Source: Nostoc punctiforme PCC 73102
GTDB lineage: Bacteria; Cyanobacteriota; Cyanobacteriia; Cyanobacteriales; Nostocaceae
Assembly: GCF_000020025.1 (NCBI RefSeq)
Contig: NC_010628.1
Span: 8,160,001-8,192,000, forward strand
Direction of reading: 5' to 3'
Length of the DNA: 32,000 nt
Position 1 is the stretch's first letter; each line of letters starts with the position of its first letter. Of the stretch, positions 10,718 through 22,953 are shown one piece after another. The notes beneath the pieces are model-generated. The model was not told where the DNA came from. It searched no databases and worked only from the letters and a program-made list of their open reading frames with translations. A program made the position numbers and the translations under genes.

Positions 10718-10927
10718 GCTTACTATTCCTTAAGTATTGTGAGCTACGATTAATCGCAGCAATTGTGTATCTGTATGAGCGATTAATTACGCTTAAGCCA
10801 AGCAAAAAATTCTTGGCTACAGAAACCTAAATAGTATTTGGCGACAAAATGCTTAGTGTCCACACAAAATAGGGCAGACAATTAAATGAACTTAACTTTG
10901 GTTACTGTCTCAAAAGATAGTTGTTCA

Positions 10928-10957
10928 ATGTTTAAGGAAAGTTATAAACAAGTTAAG
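10928..10957 (-). promoter_or_regulatory. Candidate Pho box (PhoB/SphR site): three 8-bp direct repeats in 11-bp phase
   Basis: The minus strand reads CTTAACTT-gtt-TATAACTT-tcc-TTAAACAT. Against the cyanobacterial consensus PyTTAAPyPy(T/A) the units score 8/8, 7/8 and 6/8. The site lies ~210-240 nt upstream of the ATG at 10717. Confidence 0.35.
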
Positions 10958-11121
10958 ATTTTGGACAAAAAGATTCCCGATTTCTTCAAGAAGTCGGGAA
11001 TCTAATCCTTTAGATAGAGAGCAAATCAAAATATGATTGCAATATCACTCTTTAGAGTTAGCAAAAGCGCTACAGCTTAATTCATTTTGAACATTGAATC
11101 TAAGCTGTAATCATTTTTCGG

Positions 11122-11883
11122 CTAAATGACACTAGCAGAAAAAACGAAATCATTTGCTGTGAGGCTAGTTGATGTAACTCCAACTAATGAAGCCAACTCT
11201 GTATTTCCGGCTTTCACCAAAGTATCGCTACCTTGTTGTAATAGAGTTAAGGCACTAAATTGAGTAACACCAATACCGCCCAGCCCGATTTTATCAATGC
11301 CAACTACAAAATCAGTCACAATGTTCTTGCTAGTTGGCAGATTGGCGTTAGCAATCCAGAATTGGTCAGCACCAGTACCACCAGTTAAGCGATTACCACC
11401 CTGTTGACCAGCAAATAGCACATCATCACCATCGCCACCAGACAAGGAATCATTGAAATTGGAGAAGAGTTTGTCATCGCCAGAACCACCGTAGAGACGG
11501 TTATTGCTACCGCCACTTCTGAGGGTGTCATTACCTGAGCCACCAAATAATGATTGACGAGAACCTTCAATTACAGTGAGGCTATCATCACCTGTACCGC
11601 CAAGTAAATTATTACTACCACTGGCTTCTACTACGGTAATAACATCATTACCATTGCCACCATCAGCACTGGTATTTTGAGCCGGGCCATTTTGACCAAT
11701 AAATATCTGATCGTTACCGTCTCCTGTGGATACTGAAGAGTCGCTGCCGGCTAGTACCGTGTCTTCACCGTTTCCGGTTTGGATTGTGTTCCCTTTAGTA
11801 CCCTCGACAAAATCTGCTCCGTCACCGGTGAATAGAGTTTGATTTGGTTGAACGGTAATATCATCGCTGGTAGTAGAGCCAAA
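11122..11883 (-). repeat. Shared RTX/C-terminal cassette, copy 2 (3' end of the 2068-aa gene)
   Basis: Same cassette as 8045-8806. It encodes FGST(N/T)SDD...[15 protein letters not shown]...QFWIANA(S/N)[11 protein letters not shown]...[11 protein letters not shown]. The 3' flank 11069-11121 is also similar to 7995-8044. Confidence 0.9.
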
Positions 11884-14800
11884 GTTAATTTCTTCAGTTT
11901 GAGGTTGACCTAAACCAGGAGCAAGGTTAAGGGGCTTCTCCAACTTCAGCAGTAGAATTTCATTGTTATCTATGACTGGATTTTGAGGATCATTTCCAGG
12001 ACGACCTGTAGAGAAGGGATAATTGTTGTCATTGGCTACCAAAATGGTATTTTTGTCAACAACTAAAACGTTTTCAATTGTGACAAATGGGAAGTCAAAG
12101 GTGGTTTTACCATCTCCATTCAGGTCGTTGGGGTCTTGGATGTTTAACAAGTCTGCAACTTCTTCTTTGGCTACATAACCATTAGAATCTGCTTTAGACA
12201 AGTCAATTTTGTAGATCCGCTTGAATTTAGCTGAGGCTCCTTGACCATTATCCCGTTCAATGACTAGGTACTCATTATCGTTAATGACTGCTAAATCGCC
12301 GATCGCATTTGCCGGATTATCCAATCTGTAGTACAGCTTTTTATCAGTGTACTTGTGGCTAGCTAAATCAAATTCGTTAATCCGCAAAGCACCAGGAGTA
12401 TCACCTTGAACTGTACCCTCTAGCAGCATATAGAGCTTGGTTTTGCTGGCGTTGATTGCTCCACCTTCAAAACCTTTTGAGCCACCCAAGTTAGCAAAGG
12501 CATCTCCTGAGAGAACATCTGGGTTTTGTGGCGATCGCACCACATTATACTGAGGATCGTCTCTGAGTTGATCTCGTACTTCATCGGCGATATCTGGGAA
12601 ATCTGAGAAGAGTGCATCTACCCCTAATTGATAGAACTGCTGAATTTCTAGCTCTAACTTGCCTTTGTAATCTGCTGCTAAATACTGATCTTCCGCACGG
12701 AAGGTATAGGGATGAACCTGTAAACCTGCGTTGTGAGCATCTTGAATTAAGGTTGAAGGAGGTAATGTTGTCTTGTCAGCATCATTAACTGCTCCATCCC
12801 CATTCACATCATCGGCTTTGCCATCGCCATTAGCATCAGTACCTTTGACGCTCACAATCATCCGCTTCCAAGGGCCAATGCCATCGGCATAAGTGGCAAC
12901 TTCAGCCAAGCCTTCTGGTGTTCGCAAGTCGCCATAAGTCCGAGTGTCACCACTGACTTTCAAATCATAAGGCTGACTTTCGATGATTTTGCCGTTGATA
13001 TCAATGTCACTGGCATCTAGCAATTGAACTAGGGGAATATCTACCCCAGCCGCAGGCATAATTACATCATGTAGTTCTTTGAGGTTGCTCACTTCAAAGG
13101 ACTGGATAAAGATGCGACTGGGGTCAGTAAAGTTATTTGCCTTCAGCGTATCAATTAGTAACTGGCTGATGTTTCTGTTTATTTTGTCTGTGGTGCCTAC
13201 ATAAGTAGCTTCATCTGCCGAATAGGTTGGATGCTTAGTTTCAGGATAGATGCCAATCTTTTTACCTGTATCGGCTTCTACTTGCTTAACCAAATCGATG
13301 ATTTCTGTGAGGGTAGGAATCTCAAATAGACCATCAAAGGACTGATCACGGAAAGGTAGACGTTCTTCGGCGCGTAAAGTCTTGATTTCAGCTAAAGTAA
13401 AGTCTTCTGCAAACCAACCTGTAATTGTGTTTCCATCTAAACTTACCGTTTTCTTGCGATCGGCAAACTCTGGATGCTTGTAAACATCTGTGGTTGTGTT
13501 GCTGAAATTGACAGTACCATCAGCGTTTAAAACTGCTAAAGCTGGCTCATGGCGAGCAATTAGCACACCATCTTTTGTAACTACCAAATCAGGCTCAATA
13601 AAGTCAGCGCCTCTTGCAATTGCTTGCTTATAAGACTCTAAGGTGTGTTCTGGACGATAACCACTTGCACCTCTGTGACCAATGACTTTAGGTGCTTCGC
13701 CATCTAAAGTTTTGAATCTGTCGGGTGTAGCAATGGGAGCCTCTAATAACTTACCACTGGCATCAAAATGCAACAGGTAAGGGCCAAACTCTTCTCCAAC
13801 CCAAATTGTCCCGTCTTTATCAAAGACGAATGACTCTACATCAAAGTCTGCACCAGTCAGTAATCTTCCAGTAGTTCCCTCATTCACAATTTGGAAAGGA
13901 ACTTTGTTGTTAGGGTCAGACAGTTGAATGTAATCTAAAACTTTAACGCTGCCGTCTCCATTTTCTGTTCCCTTAAAATTCGGGTCTAGACGATTGATTC
14001 GTAGCAGAAAATCTTCACTATTATCTTTGCTACCGTAACCGTTATCTGACAGGAAGTACAAAGAGTCGCTGTTAGCAAATTGAACACCGCTAAAGCCCTG
14101 TATTGGCTGTCCGGGGAAAGGCCCGGTTCTGCCATTCGCTGAAATGTCTGCACCGGAAACTGGCCCATCACTAAAGGTATCAGCAGGTAAAGAAGCAAAA
14201 CCAACTAACTCAACTTGGGGTACAGGTGTAGCAATTAATAGTTGACCACCCCGGCTGTGTTCACCATTGAGTACATTCAACTGGTTTAAATCTACATCAT
14301 TGAGTACACCGCTAGCTTGGACATCAAATAAGTAGGAACTGCGACCTAGTTGAGGATTAGAAGCGGCTTCGATAATACCAGAGCTTTCCCAAGAACCCAA
14401 GCCACTATTAAAGGCAGTACCTTGGGCATTCTGGTCTACTTCAAACAGAGGTTTGATGGTATCGGTAGCAATATCGTAAGACCAAACGCGATCATTACGT
14501 TGCTGGGCATCTATTATTTCTCCACCTAAACCTGCTGTATCTTCTTGGAGTAAGAGTTTGCCATTTTTATCAACAGTTACGTTGTCATAGCTTACTCCTG
14601 TATTTGGGCCACCAGTTAGTACCAATTCAAAGTTACTAATCTCTGCTGTTGGGTCACTTGCATTCAGGCTGAAGCGATAAGCTTTACCGTAAGGATTTTC
14701 AAAAGTGCCATTAGCCAGTTGATCCTCTGTTCCAGTGGTAACAAAGTAGAAAGTACCTGGATTGTTTGGGTCTTCCGTTATATCTTCCAGACGACGGAAG

Positions 14801-17328
14801 TTTGTAGAACGCAACACTCCATTGTCGCTACCATTTACCCAATCGCTGAGAGGTTTACCAGCATTGAGTAGCTGGTCGTCTCCACGGTCTTCTGTACCTT
14901 TGGTATCATAAACAGCCGAGCGATCGACCTTAGTCCAAGTAGCTTTTACTTTTGTACCTTCTGCTAAGGTTTCATTGTCATATCCTGTCACCTTGAGGAC
15001 GTACAAATCTCCGTCTTTCAGGCCATTCGGGTCTTCTGCTGTTTGATTACCGACGAACATATATAGTTCGCCATCACCATTGTCTTCGGTTGATAGTAGA
15101 ACTGTTTTACCTGAATTGGTGGCGCGATACTGAGATGCTGCTAGTACGTTTTCTTTGGAGAAGCGACCTAAACCATCTATAGATTGAGCAGTACCATCAG
15201 TTGTGACGGACCAACCCAAACTATCACTATTCTGCTCATCGGCGGTAAAGAATATTGGCCCACCTTCAAAACCATAAGTTGCTAAGTATGCTGAACAGAA
15301 TCGACCAAAGTTAATACCTGTTTGGGTTACAGCATCAGATGTAACTGTAATCTTGCCTAATTCATTACCTTTACTATCAACCGCATTCTCTATTAGGTCT
15401 TTACCACCTACTAGCTTCCAGTTCTTATCAAATTGCAATAGCGAAATTCTACCGCCTGTAATTTGTCCAGAAATTGTGCTGGAAAAATCTGTTTTAGTAG
15501 TGTCGCTCAATTCATGGTTGACGAATACATAGTAAGCATCGTCAGTCTCATAAATGCCCAAACCGTCAGGGATGCCTGTAAAAGCATACTTTTCAGTACC
15601 ACTGGGGACAAAGGAACCAAATTCTCCCTGTAGCAATGGGATTTCATCTCCAACTGTCAGGAGTTGATTCAGTCTGTAATTTGACCCATCGAGTGCTTTA
15701 ACATAAGCGGGATCGGTCGTTCTACCATCTTGAACAGGCTTTTGAGCAATTTGGGGAATTGCGGCTAAAAGTTGTCCACCTTCTGCATGGTTGCCGTTGA
15801 GAATATTCTGGTCTGGCGCACCTGCTACATTATTTTTGACGGTGTGAGCCTGTACATCAAACAAGTAAGCACCGCTACCTGGTAATGATTCGGAAGGAAT
15901 TTCGATAATGCCAGAACTTTCCCACTGCCCTTTGGCATTTGGGTCGTTGTATACAGTACCAGCAGCATCTTCATTCAAAGCAAACACACGAGCGATCGCT
16001 TTGGTAGTGGGGTCGAAAGACCAAACAGAAGCTTCCCGGTTTTCTGCTGCCATTACGTCGCCACCGTAGGAGGTTTGATCCTCTTGAAGCAAGATTTTGC
16101 CAGATTTATCAACTGTGATGTTGTCATAGCTGACACCTTTACCAGGCCCACCCGTTAACAACAGTTCAAAGTCACTGATTCCGGCTGTGGGGTCGGAGGT
16201 ATTTAATTTAAAGCGGTAGAGTCTGCCATAAGGGTCTTCTGCTTCGGCAGGATTATCGGTTGCTCCGGCTGCTGTCCCCTGACCTTGTTTATTTTTAGTG
16301 CCTGTGGTGACGAAATAGAAAGTTCCTGGATTATTTTGATCTTCGGCAAAATCTTCAATGCGCTGGAAGCTGGTTGAATTGTTGGCAGAATTAACGAAGG
16401 CTGTGAGATCGCTACCATCTACTTTTGGTGTACCGTCTGCATTGAAGATGATTGATTTATCAACCTTTGTCCAGGTTGCAGCTTTTTGGGTGCCTTCGCT
16501 AACTTGACCCTCGAATTCTGCACCATTGACTTTCAGAACGTATAAATCTCCGTTATTAAAGCCATTGGGGTCATCTGCGGTTTGTTGACCAACCCATAAA
16601 TACAGTTCGCCGTCATCATTATCTTCTGATACAAACAGCACTGTTTGATCGGAGTTCTCTGCCCGATATTGAGAAGCTGCAACTACGTTCTCTTTTCTAT
16701 AGCGACCTAAGCCGTCAAGCGCCTGTGCTGTACCATCTGGGGTTACAGCCCAACCCCGACTTGTATCACCACCTTCTTCAGGAGCAAAGTAGACGGGAAC
16801 CTCTGTACCACTAGCATCTACGAAACCGGATTGGGCTAGGTAAGATGAGCAGAAGCGATCGAAAGGACTAATGGTTGCTCCACTGGCATTGGTGTATAAA
16901 CCAGTTTGAGTATTTAAGGTATAAGTGCCAGTTGAGTCTACTATGGTGTCAATCAGGTTTTTACCGCCGATGACCTTCCAATTTTCATCAAAAACAAACA
17001 GCGACACCCTCGCACCAGTGATTTTTTCACCAGGAAATGTGCTGGAAATATCTGTTGTGACAGAGCCGCCTAGCTCATGATTCAACCATACATAGTTGTA
17101 GGTTTTTCCAGCGATCGTTACTTGGGTAGCACCTGTGCCATCAGGAATACCAGTGAAGGCATATTTTTCGGTGGCATCAACTTGGGGGGCTTCATCGATG
17201 TCAAACGTGCTAGTTAACAGGGGTACTTCATCCCCTACAGTCAATAAAGGTACGATTATTCTATTGTCAGAGTTATTTACTGTATCGACGTAAGCCGATG
17301 CTGTTGTTCTTCCGTTCTCAATAGCCAT
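11122..17328 (-). CDS. Giant multidomain phosphoesterase: two tandem PhoX/DUF839-like beta-propeller units, a phytase-like esterase domain interrupted by a glycerophosphodiester phosphodiesterase (GDPD) domain, and C-terminal RTX repeats
   Basis: 2068-aa ORF. Residues ~1-530 and ~535-1010 are paralogous: [17 protein letters not shown](S/A)YLA, GLGR(Y/F)xKENV, EDNx[18 protein letters not shown]. The phytase-like N-half contains [13 protein letters not shown]...GQPIQGFSG...LSDNGYG. GDPD motif [19 protein letters not shown]...[18 protein letters not shown] lies at ~12575-13695. The phytase-like C-half follows, then the 253-aa RTX cassette. Assigning the two N-terminal units to PhoX is from memory of motif patterns and is the weakest part of this call. 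Confidence 0.75.
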
Positions 17329-17851
17329 AATTAGAATGTTTTTTGGTGGGTATTTGGATTTAGCTGCATCACAAGCTATTCAAGTTCTCTCAACTGCATT
17401 ACTTGTGGTAAAAAGCAATCATTTTCTCACTCTATTAACCGGAATTATGGGAATATTTCAGAATTACATTACAAAAATATTGTTCGGTTCAGTCGAAAAT
17501 TGCTATTAACTCCGAGTCTTTTTTCACAGTTATTGAAAGCTAGAGTAATGATGTTCAAATGTTAACTACTAATCTGTGTTAGCTAGTAAGAGTGTGCAAC
17601 TAAATTCCGAGTTTAAGTTGGTCGATAGTAGTTATGAGAGAACTTGACCATTATTAGAGATGTTTCCATTGAAAGATTAAGAAAAGAATAAGTTAAACGG
17701 AAGAGATGATTAAAATACATTTAAATAAAAAATAATTTTTATTCACCCTTGCTGTATAATTCTTTTTAAGAGTTTTAAAGAGATGAAAGTTAATTTTTTT
17801 AGTTTGAATTTGCTAGCGATCGCATCAACTTTGCTGTCCAATAAATAGGCT

Positions 17852-17879
17852 GTAGGGACGTATAGCGGTACGTCCCTAC
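17852..17879. repeat. GTAG...CTAC palindromic hairpin repeat (Nostocales-type short intergenic repeat), possibly a terminator for the 1417-aa gene
   Basis: GTAGGGACGTA-tagcgg-TACGTCCCTAC, a perfect 11-bp stem, 33 nt downstream of the stop at 17913. A degenerate copy, GTAGGGGCGTA-tagatg-TACGTTCCTC, lies at 7812-7839. Confidence 0.6.
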
Positions 17880-17912
17880 TAAAGACTGTTCTATGAGAAG
17901 CTAGGCAACGAA

Positions 17913-18677
17913 TTAAGCCACGATACTAGCCGAGAAAACGAAATCATTTGCTGTGAGGTTAGTTGATGTAATGCCAACTAATGAAGCCAATTCTGTATTT
18001 CCAGCTTTCACTAAGGTGTCACTACCCTGTTGTAATAGCGTTAAACCACTAAACTGAGTAATACCAATACCGCCCAGCCCGATTTTGTCAATTCCGGCTG
18101 TAAAATCAGTAATGATGTTCTTGCTAGATGGCAGACTGGCGTTAGCAATCCAGAATTGGTCTGCACCAGCACCACCACTGAGGCGATTGCTACCTCCTTG
18201 ACCAGCAAATAGCACATCATCACCATCGCCACCAAATAGCGAATCATTGGTATTAGAAAAGATTTTGTCATCTCCAGAACCACCATACAGACGGTTATTG
18301 CTGCCGTTACTGGTGAGGGTGTCGTTACCTAGACCACCAAATAATGATTGGCGAGAACCTTCAATGACTGTGAGAGTATCATTACCTTCCGCCCCAAACA
18401 AATTATTATTACCATTGGCTTCCACTACGGTAATAACATCATCACCATTGCCACCATCAGCACTGATATTTTGAGCAGCGCCGTTTTGACCAATTACAAT
18501 TTGATCGTTACCATCTCCGGCAGAGACTGAAGAGTTACTACCTACGAGTACAGTGTCATCATCATTCCCAGCCTGGATTGTATTACCTTCAGTGCCCTCG
18601 ACAAAATCTGCTCCGTCACCTGCAAAGAATGTTTTTCCTGGCTGAACTGTAATATTATCGCTGTTGCTAGAGCCGAA
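17913..18677 (-). repeat. Shared RTX/C-terminal cassette, copy 3 (3' end of the 1417-aa gene)
   Basis: Same cassette and same order of repeats, but visibly more diverged at the nucleotide level than copies 1 and 2. It ends ...[12 protein letters not shown]. Confidence 0.85.
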
Positions 18678-21600
18678 ACTGCCGAGGAAAGTTGGCTTTA
18701 CACCTGTCAGGTTAACAGGATTGCGGGGATCGTAACTTGTGGTGTCAATATTTAGAAAATTGGGCAAGGCATTGGCTATATTCTCCCAAGGTACCAACTT
18801 AAAGTTAGAGTTGACGTTTTCACCATCAATGTTTTTGGCCGGTTCATTGGAGCCATCTTGAGTTACAAATAAACCAAATGGGAAGTTCGGCCCCAGTGGC
18901 ACGTTAATCACATCTGCACCGTCTGATTCTTGTACCCTGTCAATTGACCCATTGTTACCAACGGCAAAGTTACCCACATATTCGTTATTGCCTTCACGGG
19001 TGTAGGCAACAAAGGTACTATCGCCTTGGCTGGATGCTAGCAGATAACCTGTGCCGTTTTTGCCGTAGTAGATGGTCAACCCTTCTGCATCATCGGTAAG
19101 GTGAGAACCACCCTCAAAACGGACGCGATCGATCAGCTTGCCTGTTGTGCCACCGTCTGGTTCTGCCTGAAATTTCCAGATGCCCACATCTTCTTGGGCT
19201 ATGTAGAGAAAGCCGGTTTCTTGGTCAACGACCATACCCTCTGTTTGGGGAGAACGGTCTGCGGCTGTGGGTGAGGGGATGGTGAACTCCCGTACCAGTT
19301 CCGCTCCAATTTTGCCATTACCTTTGTCAATTAGCTTGAATTGAGCTATATCTCCAGTTTGGCGGCGACTGGTAAAAACATAGTAATCATTAGTTATAGG
19401 GCTACGGTATAAGGTAAGCCCGTAAGAACTGCGAGTTGATGCGGAATAGGGAGGTTCAAAAGGTGAGGCTTGGAAGATAGTGCCAATATTGCTATCGGTG
19501 ATATTTTCTAGGTAGTTACCGTCTATGCCAGGGTTGGGGTTAATTTTGAAAATTGCTAGTTTATCATTTTGGCGATCGCTAGCTACGGCAATATCAATAG
19601 ATTGATTGCCTAATTTAAAACCGTATTGCAGATCGATGTTGTTGTAGCGAATACCACCAGGATTAACTGTTTGCAATAAATTACCAGACAGGTCATAAAC
19701 CCGCAATCCAGCATTTTTGACTGAGGTTAGTACTAAACTATCAGCAGCATTTGTGGCGTTAACATAGATGGCTGGGTCATCAGCATCAGCATTCTGATCT
19801 ACAGCAGGTAATGCTGGATCTTCATCGTCAAATAAACCAGGACGAGTTTCTACTGTAGGTGCAGCAGTTGGAACCAAGTCTGCACCCAAGGTGAGGATTT
19901 GGGTATATTGGGTGCTACTAAAGTTGTTGTCACTCACCAGCACAATGGACTGACGACCATCTGCTAGTTTGGGACCGAAGGCAAGACCTTCTATATTATC
20001 CACTCCTGTAATCGGGTGATTTGCATCAGTGGGCAGATTGAGGTCAGTTAAATTCAACAGCAGACGCTTTTGGGCGGGTTTAATAGCTGCTAGTTGTTCA
20101 GCACTCAAACTATTGAGAGAATCGTAGAAACTAATGTCAGTCGCACCTTGCAAAGAAACTTCGTAGATTTTGATGGTATTGCCTACACCTTGGGCAAAGG
20201 AGCGTTCTAAGGCGAGGAAAGTGCCACGATTATCTATTGCCAATAAATCCGCCAAACCATTGTCAGCAGAGCCTGTGCTTGGGTTAGGTGCTTCGGGAAT
20301 GGCATCGGTGATGTAAAGGTATTCTTTTTCTGGTTGTCCAGTAACCAGATTATATTGCAGAATCCGAGAAGAGCTACCACTGGTGAATGAGGCTTTTAAT
20401 CCATCTTGGGAGAGGGCGTTTTCGGTGGCGGTAAATAGGGTTTTCTGGTCGGGTGTGATGGTGAGGCTTTCAAATGCCAGGTTATTGTATACACCTGATG
20501 TCTGCGTATCTCCGGCATCTACAATACCATTGTTGTTGGTATCTTCAACTACTGGCAGGAATTTGCTGGGGACAAAAAGCGATCCTACTTCTTGCCCTGT
20601 TGTAAGAGAAAATTCTTTAATAAAGGGATTGGTAACACGACCAGCAGTAGGATTAACTTCGCCTTCTGAAGAGATGAAGACTGTTCCATTGTTGCTTAAA
20701 GCAATGCCTTCAGGGTCAAGACTATTTAGTGGAAAAAATTTGCCGTTGGTATCTTTTAGGGTGGTGACATTGGTAAAAGTCACCCCGGAATCGGCAGCAG
20801 TGAAGGTATAAAAGCGGGCAGGAGCAACTTGAGAGCGATCGTCTGAGATGGCATAATAGCGGTTGTTAACAGCATCGTATGTGACACCAGATAATCCGCC
20901 CACTGGAGTTGGTGTGCCGTTGACATTTCCCGCCGCACCAGCAGGAATAAAGCCAGTAACGAAGGTAGTCTGCCTTTCAAAACTTACATTGGGAATGGTT
21001 TTACCTGCTTGAGTTGGTCTAGTTTGCACATCTGCGAACACCAAGCGATGGTCAGAACTGGGGAAGGGAAAAGTACCAACTGGGGAGAATGCCGGGTCAT
21101 TATTCAGCGGCCAAAAGACTCCTGAGTCGGTAATTGTCAGGTCAGCAGAGGGTAGCACGTAATCAGTCCGCAGGTTTCCGGGAGCTGTATCAGCAAAGTC
21201 TGCGGTATCAAAGCTAGGATTTCCTTTTTGGCTAACGTTTGCACCACCTTGTAAAGCCGCTTGTTGGGGACCGCCAAAACTGGTAGGAATGACATTAGTA
21301 TTGATCCCAGGATTTTGCAACAGTTGGCGAATAGCATTGTCATAACTATCACCATCTAATGGGTCAGCATTCTGATCGCCCATAATTACAAAGTCTGAGC
21401 CAGCAGCAATACCGCCTGTTTTACCCTGGTCATCATAAATGTAATTACCATTACCAGGGGTAATATAATCTGCCCAAAACCGAATTTCGTCATGGTTGCG
21501 CTTGCCGTTGCGGTCTTCCGCGCCATCAAAGGTCGGGGGTGTGGGGTGGCTAACAAGGGCGTGAATTGTTTTGCCGTTCACTTCGATGGGTACATCCCAG

Positions 21601-22166
21601 TGGCTTTTAGAGGAGAGGCGTAAAAGTGCCAGTTCCTCCTGAGAATACCAATCATTTGCCTGTGGCGTTGTGGGATCGTCGGGAAGCAAAGCATTGGGCA
21701 TATCCTTCCAGAGGAAGTTTTGGAAGGTGCGGATATTGGCGGTGTCAATGGGATATTTGGACAGCAGCAACATACCATATTGACCAGGGAAATCACCAAA
21801 TCCGAAGGCATCATCGCCATATCCCGATGTGCCTGGGGTTGTAACTACTGCGCTATTGTTGTTTAAGTCAAAGCCAGAGGCAATACCTGTGTTGGAGGGA
21901 GCGATATAGAAGTAGGGGTAGTCAACGGGAGTCGCACCGTTTTGACTTATGGCTAAATAATTTTGCTGGAATAGTTTAACTGCCTCTTGGGAGTAGTCAA
22001 ACTCATTAATTAGCAGCACATCCGGGTTGTTACGCTGGATAATTTCTGCAATAGCTTTTGCCTGAGCATTATTGGGGGTTGACAAATCGGCCGCTAATTG
22101 ACCTTGAGTACTGCGGTTTAGAGAAGCATTGAATTGGGAAAAGCGAATTGTATTATTAATTACCAT
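17913..22166 (-). CDS. Multidomain phosphoesterase: endonuclease/exonuclease/phosphatase (EEP) domain, phytase-like esterase domain, beta-propeller 3-phytase domain and C-terminal RTX repeats
   Basis: 1417-aa ORF. EEP motifs: [27 protein letters not shown] (~21010-22166). The phytase-like region contains GGLSGVTYD...YYAISDD. The beta-propeller phytase signature [11 protein letters not shown]...[12 protein letters not shown]...YNNIDL (~18700-19860) resembles Bacillus PhyC. A 254-aa RTX cassette ends the protein. No signal peptide. Confidence 0.8.
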   Translation of the reverse strand: MVINNTIRFSQFNASLNRSTQGQLAADLSTPNNAQAKAIAEIIQRNNPDVLLINEFDYSQEAVKLFQQNYLAISQNGATPVDYPYFYIAPSNTGIASGFDLNNNSAVVTTPGTSGYGDDAFGFGDFPGQYGMLLLSKYPIDTANIRTFQNFLWKDMPNALLPDDPTTPQANDWYSQEELALLRLSSKSHWDVPIEVNGKTIHALVSHPTPPTFDGAEDRNGKRNHDEIRFWADYITPGNGNYIYDDQGKTGGIAAGSDFVIMGDQNADPLDGDSYDNAIRQLLQNPGINTNVIPTSFGGPQQAALQGGANVSQKGNPSFDTADFADTAPGNLRTDYVLPSADLTITDSGVFWPLNNDPAFSPVGTFPFPSSDHRLVFADVQTRPTQAGKTIPNVSFERQTTFVTGFIPAGAAGNVNGTPTPVGGLSGVTYDAVNNRYYAISDDRSQVAPARFYTFTAADSGVTFTNVTTLKDTNGKFFPLNSLDPEGIALSNNGTVFISSEGEVNPTAGRVTNPFIKEFSLTTGQEVGSLFVPSKFLPVVEDTNNNGIVDAGDTQTSGVYNNLAFESLTITPDQKTLFTATENALSQDGLKASFTSGSSSRILQYNLVTGQPEKEYLYITDAIPEAPNPSTGSADNGLADLLAIDNRGTFLALERSFAQGVGNTIKIYEVSLQGATDISFYDSLNSLSAEQLAAIKPAQKRLLLNLTDLNLPTDANHPITGVDNIEGLAFGPKLADGRQSIVLVSDNNFSSTQYTQILTLGADLVPTAAPTVETRPGLFDDEDPALPAVDQNADADDPAIYVNATNAADSLVLTSVKNAGLRVYDLSGNLLQTVNPGGIRYNNIDLQYGFKLGNQSIDIAVASDRQNDKLAIFKINPNPGIDGNYLENITDSNIGTIFQASPFEPPYSASTRSSYGLTLYRSPITNDYYVFTSRRQTGDIAQFKLIDKGNGKIGAELVREFTIPSPTAADRSPQTEGMVVDQETGFLYIAQEDVGIWKFQAEPDGGTTGKLIDRVRFEGGSHLTDDAEGLTIYYGKNGTGYLLASSQGDSTFVAYTREGNNEYVGNFAVGNNGSIDRVQESDGADVINVPLGPNFPFGLFVTQDGSNEPAKNIDGENVNSNFKLVPWENIANALPNFLNIDTTSYDPRNPVNLTGVKPTFLGSFGSSNSDNITVQPGKTFFAGDGADFVEGTEGNTIQAGNDDDTVLVGSNSSVSAGDGNDQIVIGQNGAAQNISADGGNGDDVITVVEANGNNNLFGAEGNDTLTVIEGSRQSLFGGLGNDTLTSNGSNNRLYGGSGDDKIFSNTNDSLFGGDGDDVLFAGQGGSNRLSGGAGADQFWIANASLPSSKNIITDFTAGIDKIGLGGIGITQFSGLTLLQQGSDTLVKAGNTELASLVGITSTNLTANDFVFSASIVA

Positions 22167-22469
22167 AAGTTAGTGCTGGGGTAGATTCAAGTTTTGCAAA
22201 GATTAGTGTTTATCTGCGGCAACCACAGAACCAAATTGCTCAATCTCATCGCTGTAAAAGTGTGAAAAATTCTGAGTGTTAATGTGATTTATATTGTCGG
22301 TAAAAACCGTTAACTGCAAAGATGCGCTTCGCAGTTTAGAGAGTTTGCAATATCAACATGGACAATATAAAATATGCCTTCCAAATCACTGCTCTTAGAG
22401 ATTGTTAGAAGACAGCTACATAACTTTTTATATGAGTTTTTAATTGGGCAATCTCAAAGTATCCTGCTT

Positions 22470-22499
22470 AGATTAAGAAGTAGCTAGCAAAAAGTTAAG
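22470..22499 (-). promoter_or_regulatory. Candidate Pho-box half sites 22 bp apart
   Basis: The minus strand reads CTTAACTT-ttt-GCTAGCTA-ctt-CTTAATCT. The two outer units match PyTTAAPyPy(T/A) 8/8 and are spaced by two helical turns. The middle unit does not match. The site lies ~305-330 nt upstream of the ATG at 22166. Confidence 0.25.
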
Positions 22500-22830
22500 A
22501 TAAAAATAATTGTAGGGTTAGAGATGTTTTTTTCACAGCAATTATTCTCAGTTATATATCCCAATACGGTTGGGTTGAGCGTAAGCGTTACCCAAAAAAC
22601 CTTGATAATGTTGGGTTTCGTTCCTCAAACCAACCTACGTCTGATTATGTATATGTTTTTCTCTAATTAAGTTTCAAGTTGTTTGAAAATTGTTTCACTG
22701 TAACTTGAGGTGCTTTTAAATTCACCTTAACCACCATTAAATTTATCGGATAACTTAGAGAATTTAAAATTTTTGATACCAATAAGAGGACTTTTCAAAC
22801 ATCCTCTTAATGATAAATCTTTCACCCGAT

Positions 22831-22860
22831 ATAAAATAAGGTGGGCTGTTTACCCACCTT
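22831..22860 (-). terminator. Rho-independent terminator downstream of the COP23-like gene
   Basis: The minus strand forms stem AAGGTGGG / CCCACCTT (22838-22845 pairs with 22853-22860) with a 7-nt loop, followed by ATTTTAT (22831-22837). It lies ~95 nt after the stop codon. Confidence 0.55.
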
Positions 22861-22953
22861 AATGTAAATCTGTATTTTAAGATTACCGCGACAGAAAAAA
22901 CGATATCTTTTAGTTTTGGTGAAATTGTTCTGACATGTTGAGTAATTCAAGCA

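Noticed and set aside
8477-21844. Embedded ORFs within the three hydrolase genes, including the pair 8477..8659 and 18348..18530, which look conserved with each other
   Set aside because: The apparent conservation is only the antisense reading of the shared RTX cassette. The others are Cys/Leu/Val-rich shadow frames with no start context.
22575-22650. Inverted repeat GGTTGGGTTGAGCG ... CGTTCCTCAAACCAACC upstream of the 1417-aa gene, as a possible regulatory hairpin
   Set aside because: It looks like a member of a dispersed Nostocales short-repeat family rather than a gene-specific operator. The pairing is imperfect and its position gives no functional inference.
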